Shown: positions 36,401 through 49,309, numbered from the stretch's first letter. The stretch: DNA of 64,000 nucleotides from Geosiphon pyriformis uo1 (GCA_016748015.1 JAAOMT010000151.1:1-64000); one strand, 5' to 3'. Program-made: numbers and translations. Notes: generated by a model not told the origin, from the letters alone.

Positions 36401-37677
36401 ATGGTAATGGGGTGTTGTTTCTTTGCCCTAAAGCAGTCTGTATACTTTGAAGGACAATCAAAATGTTTTGTTGCAGAGAGTCTTGAGTCATTGGTTCAGG
36501 TGTAACTGTTTGTGTGGAGTGTTCTAATTTACTTGAAAAGAGATCAAAAACAGGAGCAGTTTGATAGCTTTCTTTTTCTGTTTCAAGAGAAGTTTTTGTT
36601 AATTGATGGGCAGCAATCCAAATGTGGATTTGATGATTCAGATATTCAAAATCAGGGGGCTGTTGTTCAAAGGTTGTAGAATATAAGAGCTGATTGATAC
36701 TGTTGTTTCTTTCTTTAAAGTTGTCTTTAAAATAAGCTTGGTCAAAGTAATAGGTTGTAAATTTCAGCTGAATGCTCATTCAGGAACCAGTTCCAAAAGT
36801 TTTGGAATTGTCTGCTGGATTGTTTTTCAATGGGGAAGTAAATCAAACAAGAGGGCAAAGGATTGAGTTCAATAAAGTCTAGAACGTTTTTGTTGTGTGC
36901 TTTAAAGTGTTCTTCTGATTGTTGTGGCAGGTATAAATAATCACTCATACAATAGGAAACAAAGTGGATTTTGACAACCTCACAAGAAGCACCACTTTTA
37001 TATTATGGGTTGGAGTAACAAGCTAATGGATAGCAAGGAAGAACAGGATTGTAGAGTGATAAAAAGAATCAAAGAGAATTTAACTTCAAAGAGCGAATTG
37101 AATAAGTATGGATTCAATGTGCAAGATCAGTCTCATAAAATATTTCAGTTACTATACTTTTCAAAGATAACCAGGGGATTTGAAGGTAGAAAGATAGTCC
37201 ATACTGTTAACAAATGATTATGCCTGGTATAATTCTATGCCTCATGTCAGCACTCTTAGAATTCAATATCAGATACCAAATGTGCTTTTTAGTCACATTT
37301 TATTCAATAGATTTCAAATGCTACAATTATATGTTTTAGAAAAAGGATAGGTAAATGCCAACAAGTAGTCTTTTATTTTTAAGATGTTTAGATACTTAAA
37401 GGTAAGGAAAGGGAAATTAGCAATAAGAGAAGAATTGAGATGAAGTTGTTATTTTATTTCTTTATTTCTTTGATTCTTACATGCTTTTTTACAGCTAAGA
37501 GATTTATTACTTATATAGCTGTCAAAAGTGGTTAATGATCAGGTTAACAACTAGGTCAATGATCAGGTCAATGATCAGGTCAATAATCACTTTCTAAAAA
37601 TAGAGTGGCTAATTTATGTGACATTAGTAACTAATACATGTGATAATTAATAAGAAGTATAAGTTTCAACCATAACA
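30453..37677 (-). mobile_element. Ty3/gypsy family A copy A3 (LTRs 30453-31040 and 37001-37677; ~1-kb gag/pol deletion at ~36046)
   Basis: Both LTRs, PBS 36977-36994, gag ~36047-36948, pol ~33687-36046, IN ATG at 33622, ORF4 split by a solo LTR. Confidence 0.95.
31268..31867 (+). repeat. Solo LTR of family A nested in A3 ORF4
   Basis: TGTTAC...GTAACA with perfect 4-bp TSD GTAT (31264-31267, 31868-31871). Confidence 0.95.
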
Positions 37678-38263
37678 ATGGCACCATTTAGACTCTCCTG
37701 AGATGCAAATTCCACACAGAACAACTTAACAGCATCTTGTGAAACTGACTTAAGCTCAATACAACCAAACAGCAACTGAAACAAAGAACTAAGCAGAGTC
37801 ATCTTGATCTTAAATATAGCACCAGATACTAGATTGGAGGCCACCCAACCAGAGAACCTCTGATAATCATTCACATTTTCCCAAGCACTACCATTAGCAG
37901 CACCAGAAACTGGGGGAGAGACAGTTGATTCCATTTCCATCTGATCAGCCCAAATTTTGAAATCATCTGGATTGATGGACTGTTTTGCTACTGGAATTGG
38001 TAATGATCTGCCAGAGAATACCACATCAGACAACACAGCCAGTGGTTGATCTTGGCCCATCTTGGGAGATGTGCTGCTGTTGTTGCCATCTATATTAAAA
38101 AGAGGACTGGCTGCTGCTGTGGAGATTTTACTGAAGATCTTATCTGAAACCACAAAGAAGTTTAGTATAACCATAACAGATATGACTGCCTACTGCTGTT
38201 TTTTGGAATTTTTTGCTTTTACAGCCATTTGTGAAGCAGTAGTAGTAAAAGTAGTAGTGGGAG
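37678..38263 (-). mobile_element. Family D host copy, continuation
   Basis: Reverse complement of ~38620-39205. Confidence 0.9.
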
Positions 38264-40689
38264 GAAAAACTCTTTCTTTCCTAATTTTCATAATCATAAC
38301 TAGAGCTAAGAGTAAGAAAGTTGCAAACATTACTTTTCCTATAGTAACTAATAAAGTTTGAACATGAAAGGGTCTCTCTGTTATTAATGCAGCTAGACAA
38401 AACATTCTGACAACATTTCCTTTAAAAAATACTAGTGATAAGCTGCCTTTAGTGGTTTCTGGTTTATTTTCTTTACCTTTGGCTGGTAGTTCTTTTCTAG
38501 TCAAAGTTCTTTTCAAAAGACACATTCGAATTAGTCCCAGTATTGTCTCTACTACTTCTAAGATACCAAGGATTTTTAATAACAGACCAGTTAACAAGTT
38601 GGTTTTTCCTGCTCTCACCACTTCCACTACTACTTCTACTACTACTGCTTTACAAATAACTGTGAAAGCAAGAAATTTTAAAAAACAGCAGCAGGCAGTC
38701 ACAACTGCTATGATTATACTGAATTTTTTTGTAGTTCCAGATGAGATCTTTGGTAAGATCTCCACAGCAGCAGACAGGTCTTTTCCTAATATGGATGGCA
38801 ACAATAGCAGCACATCTTCCAAGATAGGCCAAGATCAACCACTGGCTGTGTTGTCTGATGTGGTATTCTCTGGCAAATTATTACCAATCCCAGTAGCAAA
38901 ACAGTCCATCAATCCAGATGATCTTAAAGATTGGGCTGATCAAATGGAAATGGAATTAATTGTCCCTTCTCCAGTTCCTGGTGCTGCTGATAGTAGTGCT
39001 TGGGAAAATGTGAATGGTTGTCAGAAGTTCTCTGGTTGGATGGCCTCCAATCTTGTATCTGGTGCTACATTTAAGATCAAAATGGCCCTGCTTGGTTCCT
39101 TGTTTCAGTTGCTGCCTGGTTGTATTGGGCTTAAGTCAGTTTCACGAGATGCTGTTAAGTTGTTTTGTGTAGAATTTGCATCTCAAAAGAGTCTAAATGG
39201 TGCCACCAAAGTGGTCATTAGTGAAGAAGTTTTTTTGACCACTTTTAAGATTGCATGGTCTTCTGGTGTGGTCTCTGTTTTTTCTTCTTTTTTGTCAGTT
39301 GCACTGTGCAATGTATCTTTGAGTACCTCTTCTAATGACATCAAATCTGCTTTAGGCATTTTTGGTGTTGTCACTTCTGTTAAGTTAAAGCCTGCTGGCT
39401 TATGGCAATATGTTGTGATTAACTTTAAAGACACTTCTTCTGCTGCTGCTGCTTTCTCTAACTGGTCTGTATTGGTCAGAAAAGATAGTGTTAGGATTCT
39501 TCCCATTGCCAACCAAAAGGAGGTTATCTTCTCAAGAGATGCATTCAAAGCTAAGTTGGTTAATCTTCCATTTGGCTGTACTGCTTTTGAGATAAGTAAT
39601 TTGGTTTCCCAAGTTGGTGGCCATACATGTTTCATTCCTTGCTCTCCTGAATCTTATTGATATCAATGCTTTGCTGTGGTTATCTTTGATTTTTTAGAAT
39701 CTCTGAATGTTGCTGTGTCAAAAACTGGTATCTTGTGTAATTGCCATATCTGGTGAGAAACTCTTGGATGTTGCTGCTGCTATAGGTGTCAAGACTTGAA
39801 TCATTTGGCTGTAAACTGTGAGAAGTCACCTTTTCTCTTATCCAAACTCTTTTTCAACACTTCTGGTGGCCCCAAAAATTTCAAATTTTCATTTACTGGA
39901 TCTAAATCTTATGTTAAAGCTGCCACTTTGGTGGTTCCTCTTAGTGCTGCTGTTGCTAATATGGACTTGGATTTCAGTGGTCCTTCCAAAACTACAACAT
40001 CTGTGTTGTCTACTGTTTTTTCTACTTCCAATTCTGCTGTTGAATCTAGATTGGCTTTTCTGAAATCCCACCTTAGTAAACTTTCTGTGTTGATAAAATC
40101 TTTAATTAAATCTGTTGGTTCTCTGGTTGCATTAATTACCAAATTGCTGTTTACTCTATCTGCTGTGGATGTATCAGTTAAGAAATGTGTAGAGGGGTTG
40201 GCTAAGCAGAATAAAAGCTTGGCTGCTGTTTCTATTATGATGTAGAAAAGAATGACATGCCTTAAGAAAAAATGTGAATGGGCCTATTTAGAGGATGTGT
40301 CAGAGGAGGATAAAGACATGGATAATGATGATAATGATATTGAGAACTTTTTGGTCTATGACAACATCTTTGATATTATGATGCACCTGTGGGAAGATCA
40401 GTCTTCCAGTATCAAATCCAGTCCTGATTAGACTGCTAAGTGGATGAGTAGTATGGTTAAAAATAGTCATAAGCTTTGTTAACATTATGAGTAAGATATA
40501 TGAATTAAATATGTTTAATACATTAAGTAGCAAAAGTAGTATTAGCTATAGTTAGGGCTTTTCACTTATGGTTAGCCACATCTTGTAATATTGTATTATT
40601 GGGTGAGGTGGCTTTATAAAAATGCCACATTTCTGTGGTTATAACTAATAAATGTTCAGCATGGCTACATGTTAACAAAAAAAAAAAAA
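38264..40689 (+). mobile_element. Full-length ORF1-only (HAL1-like) retroposon, family D, 2.43 kb
   Basis: 12-bp TSD TAGTAGTGGGAG (38252-38263) / TAGTAATGAGAG (40690-40701), poly(A), single ORF, LINE-type 3' UTR. Confidence 0.9.
38290..40551 (+). pseudogene. Family D ORF1-like protein (~750 aa; RRM-like domains, CCHC-type knuckle, coiled coil, acidic tract)
   Basis: AGLWQYVVINF..WSVLVRKDSVRI..KAKLVNLPFGCTAF aligns with LINE ORF1 AGKWQLAVVEY..WLTMVRKDAVRI..EAKLVGLPQNCTAY; CYRCQDLNHLAVNC; ends approximate. Confidence 0.85.
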
Positions 40690-40704
40690 TAGTAATGAGA
40701 GCGG

Positions 40705-41549
40705 TATTACTCATAGAAATATAGAGAATATATATTAGCATAGTTATTAACCAATCAGAAATAGATGTAGTAAAATGTGGAATTCCAGGATTCCTCTCAG
40801 GAATTGCAGAATTCCAGGAATTACAGGATTCTTACAAGAAATCGCAGAATTTCAGAATTCCAGGATTCCTCTTAAAGGAATTGCAAGATTCCAGGAATCC
40901 CAGAATTTCTGTTGTGAAAAATTGAGAAATTGAGAAATCTCAATTATGTATATATAGCAGTAGGATTAAAAGCTAAAAAAAGACAGACCTCCAAGTTTAG
41001 ATTTTATTTAGACAACCTTCCAAACACAATAAATAACTATTTGGTATCTCAAACCTAATTTTACTATCAACACTTCATGTTGATAGTAATTAATACTTAA
41101 ACACACTGGAACAATAGCTCTTGATCATGGCTATTGACGGAATACTGACTTGCAAAATCGCCTTGGCTTATTTATGATTTTCCTTTTATTCCTTTTCTTT
41201 ATTTTATTTTTTTATTGTTGTGTACTAATTGGTTGAATAAAATGCTAGATTACTAATGTCAAGGATTGCCTGGTAAAAAATCCCTGTGAGAGGGTAGAAC
41301 ATGTACAGAAGATATGAAATACTTACCAAAAGATTGTTGGCCATCATGCCAAAAGAAAAATTGACAGAATTGCAATTCTGGGAAGCTATGAATAAAACAA
41401 CTATTGAATCTCTGTCTATTATACAAAGAACTTAACCTGAAATTTTCAGATACAAAACCTTCAGATTAATAACATCAACACAAATAACTTTTAGCACCAA
41501 GTTACGGGTTTGTTATTTGATTCAACACTCCAAAGAATCACTTGTAACA
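40705..41549 (+). repeat. 5' LTR of B
   Basis: TATTAC...GTAACA; GAATTCCAG-like repeats at ~40779-40910; TATATATAGC; followed by TT and PBS TGGTGCTTCCTGTAAGGT. Confidence 0.95.
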
Positions 41550-41569
41550 TTTGGTGCTTCCTGTAAGGT

Positions 41570-44500
41570 ATAATTCTACAGAGAACTAGCACCAACAACC
41601 CCATCCAAAAGTGGCAGAATCAAAAAACATCAGAACAAACCATTTAGGATTTGTGAAATCCTTATTTTAATATTACTGTCAACATTTGAGATTAACTCAT
41701 AATCACATATCAGCAGAATCAGCTTTCAATTTCTACATCAATAAAAAGATTGCCTATCTGTTGGGAACATCTGTGAATATTGAATCAGTGAGAGAAACTT
41801 TTTACAACAAATTAATTCAAAACACCAGCCTACTCACAAATCATAATTTTGCATCTATTATTACTGAGATCAACAAAGAAATTAAACACCACACACAGCA
41901 AAGATACCTAATTACTTACACAAGTAAAGGCAAAAAAAAACTACAAACACCAGCAGTAACACTTTAAAGAATACAACCACCCACTTAGAAGAAAACTAAA
42001 GTTGAGTCCCCAAACAATCCATCCTACCACTATACTCCTGGAAGTGCCATCAATATATCATCAATAGACATGTTTGCATTAAACGCGACATCAACATTAA
42101 GACGTTTTCCATTTCAAAGTAAACAAAAAAAAGAGGATTTACTAAGACCATATAGTGAGTATTTTGAAGGATTTAAATCTTGATCGCTGACACCATCAGG
42201 ATTTCAATTACCACCATCTTAACTGAATTTCAGAATCACAAATCTGTGGAAAATTACTGAATCAGAAGAAAGACAAGAAGTAGAAAAGAAAAAAGAATCT
42301 GAGGATCACAAATTTACTTACCAAAACCCAATCCTAGAAAACCCAGAAAGTAAAACTCTGAACTTTTAAACCCAGCCAAATTTAGACAATCAGAAAAATG
42401 ACACTCTGAATATTCAAACACCACCAAATTAGAACAATCCAAAACCCGAAGTAATTAATCAATACTTACCTCCAGTTATCGTCATCAATCAACCACCTGT
42501 TGAACCAATTGGCCAGCCTATCCAACCACAGAACCAACAACAACTGCCACCAGTACTGCTTCAACAACAACAACAACTTCCATCACCACAGCAACAACAA
42601 ATGGCTTATGCACTCATTGCAAAACTTGACAAATTCAATGGTAAAGAAGATGATGTCCAAGTTTGGTTAAATGATGTAGCCAAAGCCATTATAGCCAATA
42701 ATTGGAATGATGCTAGAGCAATGTAAGCAATCTCTTACTTTCTTCAGGATACTGCTGATGCATGGTATCAAAGTCTTGCTATCAAACCCCAAAATTTTAA
42801 TGAATTCAAAACTGAATTCTTGTGGTACTTTAGCAACAATAATAGTATCAACAAATTAGTTAACACCTTTACAATGATCAAACAAGAAGACACTGAAGCA
42901 GTCACTACCTACTTGGGATGCTTCCATAGAAATCTACACCAAATACAAGCCATCCAAGCTGACTATTTCACAGTGCCACAGATTTTAAATCAATTTATTA
43001 GAGGATTGCACAGTAGCATCCTACAATGAGTATGTCCAATGCACTCAGTGGACCTTCCAATCACAGTCACATATGCTAGAGATTTTGAAGCAGCTGAACT
43101 AGAAGCTAATCACACTCAAGCTGTGAATCTAGCAATGAATAGATCATCTGAATTGGATTCCAAATTGAAGCAATTCAGTGATTCAATTAATCAGAAATTA
43201 GAGGGATACTTAGCTGACAATCGCATGATTTATCAACCTTCTCAATGGCGTAACAATCAGAGAAATGCGAATCGTTTCCAAAATCAGTCACATCCATCGT
43301 CATCATTCAATCAGTCATGGTAGCCAGAGATGCACATCTGCCACAACTGTGGTAAACAAGGGCATATTAGAGCCAACTGCCATACTTATAGCAATCCATG
43401 ATCAGAAAATCAATATAGAAACCCTGATCACCAGTTTCAGACTCTGAACCATCACCTGAATCAAGACCAATACCAACCCACTTATCTGCCTATGATGCAC
43501 CAACCAATTTATCAACCACCAGTTTATCAAACTTTAGTTTATCAACTGCCACCACAAGCAATTTATTAGGTACAGCCACAAGTAATATATCAACCACAGC
43601 CACCAGCAATTTATCAAACACCCATCATTCAAACACTACCAGCAAATCCAGTTCAAATGACATCAGGGAACCCAAGATTGAGGATCACCCAAAACTGGAG
43701 ATTGGTGATGATTGTATATCAACCAATCTTCAGCTCTTCCCACCAACAATCAGGATCTTGTCAGTGGAATTTGGGCACTGGTCCCACCCAAAACCCGAAT
43801 TCCCAACACTATTTAAGCCTTCTAGTGACTTCAGAAGACACCACCTTTAGCAATCAGGGAATTGAACAACAACAACCACCTACCAATAATATTCCACCTG
43901 CTACAATCACCTACCAATAATATTCCACCTGTTACAATCACCGAAAATGAATCTTTGGATGCCATCTTCTTATTTGAACTCGAAAAACTATCAGATATGT
44001 TATTATTTAGTAAAGCAACACTTAAAGAGAAACCAATCATGGCTATGTACACTGACACCAAGGTTGATGGCCACTTCATCAAATTAATCCTTGACAGTGA
44101 TTCAGCAGGCAGCATTATCACATAACAACTCATAGATCAATTAGATCGCTGAGTTGATTGCGCTGTCAGCGCCAGGATTATCACCACGGATGAAGCCACC
44201 AAAACCCTAATTGGCGAAATTGATGACTTCTCAATTGAAGTCAATGGCATCATAGTACCCATCAAAGTTTTAGTAATGGAAGCCACCCAATACCAAGTGT
44301 TAGTTGGTAATGACTGGCTATTCAAAACCAATGCCGTGCTCAATTGGACAACTCAAGAACTAGTACTCAGCCAGAATGGTCAACACACCCGAGTACCAGC
44401 AACATGTGGTCATTTCAAAGCTATCAATACCACAGCACCACTAATTGATTTCAAAGAAAAAAAACCAAAACCTACCTGGGAAGTGTATCAAGTCTCATGG

Positions 44501-47500
44501 GCTGATGAAAAACACAACAAGCTATTGCCAATACTCTTATGGGACAACAATAGCAAAGAAAAACAGAAGAGAACAGAACCTATCTGGAACATAGACCAAG
44601 CCTGGAACACTGACCACAACTTAAAAGAACCACCAATTTGGAGATGGGATAAAAAAAAAAAAGGAAAAGAAAAAGTGAAGGAAGAGGAGCCACTATCAAC
44701 TGTCAGTTACACCCCTTATACATATACACCACCACAATTATTGAGTTATCACCAACCAAAGCTCATATGCATTGATTGTGGCAAAAAATTGTTGTCAATA
44801 GGCACCTGCTGTGGCAATAACAAGAAATACCAGATGGCAACTAAGTTCTATCGCCACACATGCCTTGTTGAATGCTTTGGAAGACCAAAATGAGTGGGAA
44901 AATAGGATAATACACTATGTTTAGCATATGGGAAAACTCTTCTCAATGAAAGAATGTGGAACGACATTCCTGAGAGAGGAGGAATATGTGATGAAACCTG
45001 CCAATATACGATACTAATCAATAATTGGGTATATAAGGGAACACCAATTGACAATGCCTGGAAACAAGTGTTATGATAATTGGAAGGATATTCACATGAC
45101 AAACATGAACTCTGGAAAATGGCAAGTGTGAAGACAGAAGATGTGACAACCAGTGAACTACTAGAAATCAAAAACAATCCCCTATTTCTGCCTGAACCTG
45201 AATATGTCCTAATGTTTAACATATTTGGCAACATTGAAAATGATCTGAAAGAATTCCATGAGCACTATTAATGGTTGGCACCTACTCGAGAAGAACAAAA
45301 GCAACAGTTGGAAGAAATAAACACTTGACTATATGACCACTGTTTGATTCCATGTGACTTTCAATATTGTAATGAGTGTGATCTCATTTACAATCCACCA
45401 CCATGCATGATCTACATGATCCCAGAGGAAGAAGAACCAATCAGCAGCTGTGCATCAGAATTGGAATCGAGTTCTAATTCCGATTCAAACTCCAACAATG
45501 ATGATAATAAAAATAATGGTTCCAGCTCCGTTCAAAATGGCTATAACAATAACAATGATTCCAAACTCCAATTCAAACTATGAACAATATATTGCACTCC
45601 TTAACTGATAATAATAAAGGTATCATGCCAGAATGTGCGCATAATACTGATGTAGGATTTGATCTGAGATATCCAAGAAAAAATGCCATCAAATTGGAAC
45701 CTCATTTATGCACTTGCATTGATCTGAAAATAGCACTGGAAATTCTAGCAACAACAATGGTTCAATTAGCATCTAGAAATAGTTTAGTGAAAAAGGGAAT
45801 AAACATCAGAGAAGGAATAATTGATGCAGGATATGTAGAAAATATTATTGCTATACTACAAAATGACTCAGAAAAGGCCTATGTTATAAAGCCAAATGAA
45901 AGGATAGCACAGGCAATATTTCTGCCTCTGGTGAAAATAGCTCAGTTAGTTTCAGTGAGAAAGAAAAAATTAGAGATAACAGCAAGAGGGATACAGAGAT
46001 TTGGATCAATGGGTAGAATAAATGTACCAATCAATATGGTGGAGGAAGAAATTATTGGCCAAGGAGAAATTATCTCAGGTCAAACAATTTTCATTCCACC
46101 ATATAGTCGATATATGTTAGCAATAGAAAGGAGAAAGAAGAAAGAACAGATTTTTGAAGCAGAAGCAACTCTTTGTGAATCAGGAGAAATTGGACTTATC
46201 AATCTACACATACCAGCCAAAAGCCATAACCATATTAAAATTCCCATCTACAACAATACTGGAAATATTGTAGAAATACCAGAAGGAACTACTCTCGAAT
46301 ATTTAACCACAGAAATTGAAGATCAAGCACCAAGCAGCATTCCAGATTTTCCATAGCTTTGTGGATATGTGGACATTACATTACAAACCATCTACAGATG
46401 AAACAAATATTATTTGTTACAGCCAAAACAATTGGAACAGATGAACATAAGAAATCTAGACCCACTTCAATAGATGCAACTAAAGATATTACTCAATAAT
46501 TTCAATGACATCTTCACCAGTGAAAATGAATTTGGCAGAACTGATATTATCCAGCATCAGATCAAGACTGGAGATGTAATGTCAATTAAACAGCAAGCAT
46601 ATAGAGTACAATTAGCCAGCCATGAAATCATCCGTCAAAAGATCAACTGAATGCTTGACAATAGGTTAATTCAGCCATCAATGAGCCCATGGTTGTTACC
46701 AGTAGTACTCATCTGTAAGAAGAATGAAAAAATCCGATTTTGTGTAGACTACAGGAAACTCAATGGTGTAACTTGTGGAGACAGCTATCCAATTCTATGG
46801 ATACAAGAACTATTTGATACTTTTAGTGGAAACAACTGGTTTTCAACATTAGACTTGGATAGTGGTTACTGGCAAATAGCCATGGATCCAGCCAACAAAG
46901 AAAAAATGGTGTTCACTACAAGAGAGGGAAACTTTGAGTTTGAAGTTATGCCATTTGGCTTAACTAACACTCTAGCTATATTCTAATGGCTAATAGAAAT
47001 TGTGTACACTGGTTTATTGTGGAAATCAGTAGTTGTATACTTGGATGACACTAATGTGTTCTCAAAAACATTCAATAATTATTTACATCATCTCCAACAA
47101 GTGTTCAAAAGACTATGACGAGCAGGATTAAAATTGAATACAACAAAGTGTTTTTTTAGCAAAACAGAACTAAAATTTTTGGGACACATAGTTAGCAAAG
47201 ATGGCATAAAAACAGATTCAGAGAAAATAAAGATAGTAAAAAACTTTCCAATACCAACCAACATAACCGAGCTGAAATCATTCTTGGGATTTGTGAGCTA
47301 TTATAGACACTTCATAAAGAACTTTTCAAAGATAGCACAACCACTCAATGATCTTCAAACCAAAAATGCAAAGTATGAATAGACTGAAACCCAGCAAAAA
47401 GCATTTGACATCTTAAGAAGAAAGCTTATTCAAGCTCCAGTATTGATCTATCCAGATCATAGTAAACCATTTATTATTACCACTGATGCATCAGGTTAAG

Positions 47501-47841
47501 CATTAGAAGCAGTACTATCTTAGAGAGGATTGGATAGAAGAGAACATCCAGTCGCATATGCCAACCAAGGTTTGACTCCAGCCAAAAAGAACTATAAAAC
47601 ACCAGAATTAGAACATCTAGCAATCTATTGGGCAGTTATGAAATGAAAAAAATACTTGAACCAAAAGTTTGAGATGTATACAGATTACAAAAGATTGACA
47701 TTACTCCAAAAACAAGAATTTGGAGATAAAAGACAGTCAAAATAGAAAATGGTTCTTTCAACATATACTTATACCATACATTATAAAAAGGAAAAAGACA
47801 ACAGAAATGCTGATGGTTTGTCATGAATGAGACAAATCTAA
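41570..47841 (+). pseudogene. gag-pol of B (gag, CCHC, PR, Cys-rich insert, dUTPase, RT, RNase H)
   Basis: CHNCGKQGHIRANC ~43340, LILDSDS ~44085, FCVDYRKLN, YLDD ~47038, TDASG, ends NADGLS(R)MRQI*; start approximate. Confidence 0.92.
45625..46015 (+). pseudogene. dut: Trimeric-type dUTPase domain within B pol
   Basis: Five motifs in order: DVGFDL, ASRNSL, GIIDAGYV, ERIAQ, RGIQRFGSMG. Confidence 0.93.
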
Positions 47842-47902
47842 GAACATTTCAACCCAAAAATATAACAAAACCAAAACAATACTCACAAAAATATAACAAA
47901 AG

Positions 47903-49285
47903 ATGAACACACAAAAATATCAACAACTTCAACATTATATAGATACTCAACAATTCAAGAAGAAATTATCTCAACCAGAACAAAAGAGGATCAAACAACA
48001 ATCCAAATATTTTATCACTTACCAAAATATACTTTATCGGAAAAATAAAAAAGATTCAGATTAACCAACCAAAGTAATTACAAAACCAGAAAAGGAGACA
48101 ATACTATTCAATATGCACTCAGATTCAACTGCAGAACATTTTTATAAAGAAACAATTATGGAAAAAACCAGAAAGAGATACTATTGGCCATCAATGTATC
48201 CAGACATTATCTAATATGTGCAAAATTGTGATGCTTGTCAAAGAAGAGGAGGAACAAAACCCAGTGAACTATTGAGACCAATCAAAGTGGGACAACCATT
48301 TGACTGTATTAGAATTAATTTAGTTAGACCATTAACAATTACCAGCAGAGGCAACAGATATATTGCAGTAGCCATGGACTATTTTACTAAATGGCCAGAA
48401 GCCAAAACAATTCAAAGAGTGGATGTAGAATCCATTGCCAAATTCGTCCATCAAGATCTGATTTGTTGACATGGATGTCCAAAAGAATTATTATCAGACC
48501 AAGGAACCCATTTTGTGAATAAAACATTAGCAGAACTAAGCTGAAGATTTGGAATTAAGAGACCACTATTATTACCATATCATTCACAAACCAATGGATT
48601 AGTTGAAAAATTTAATAAAACATTGTGTGAAGCAATAGCAAAACTCAGCCAAGAAAACCAGAACAAATGGGATTTGTTTATACCATCAGTATTATTTGCT
48701 TATCGGACAATGAAGCAAGACATCACACAAGTAACACCATTTGAATTGATATACGGTAGAACAGCAACATTACCAGTTGAGATAAAAGTTAATACATATT
48801 CAACTAAACCAATAACAAAAGAGAATTTCCAAAAAACATTGTTAAGAAGAACATATAACTTAATGGAAATATTGGAAAACAAATGAAGAAGAGCAGCTGA
48901 TAATATACAAAAGTCACAAGAGAAACAGAAAAAAAGACATGATAATCAACTACCAAACAAACCAGTTGAATTTAAGATTGGAGACAAAGTACTCTTATAT
49001 CATACCAAAGCGGAAAAACAATGGAGTGGAAAATTTGACCCCAAATGGGATAAATTATTTCACATAGAAGAAATTCTAGGGAATAGAGCTTACAAATTAA
49101 GACTGGATAACAAAATCTTAACCAAAGCAGCACATGGAGATCAATTGAAACCATACCACAACATTACACTACTATTCACCAGTAATATTCCACAATTAGG
49201 AGTACAGAAAATACTAGTCCAACCAGAGGAGATTTCATGAGATCTGGAACCAATCATCATCATTGACAACAACACATTAAATTAA
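47903..49285 (+). pseudogene. Stand-alone integrase ORF of B
   Basis: ATG 47903 MNTQKYQQL; YYWP..CDACQRR, DYFTKWPEA, SDQG, QTNGLVE; ends EPIIIIDNNTLN*. Confidence 0.9.
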
Positions 49286-49309
49286 TCCATCAAAAGAATA
49301 TATAAAAAC

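Noticed and set aside
37678-39205. Large inverted repeat suggesting a TIR/foldback DNA transposon
   Set aside because: It is a sense family D copy inserted, with TSD, into an antisense D copy.
38190-39635. Long antisense ORFs over family D, and similar shadow ORFs over LINE and gypsy genes
   Set aside because: Explained by strand composition and codon structure of the sense ORF; no motifs and no consistent boundaries between copies.
40779-40910. GAATTC-rich repeats as heat-shock elements
   Set aside because: Spacing does not fit nGAAnnTTCn arrays.
43877-43935. Frame change in B gag-pol as a programmed frameshift
   Set aside because: Caused by a local ~22-nt tandem duplication (CACCTACCAATAATATTCCACCTG), most likely copy-specific.
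45580-46356. dUTPase as a host or phage gene
   Set aside because: It lies inside pol between PR and RT, within paired LTRs, and decays like the rest of the element.
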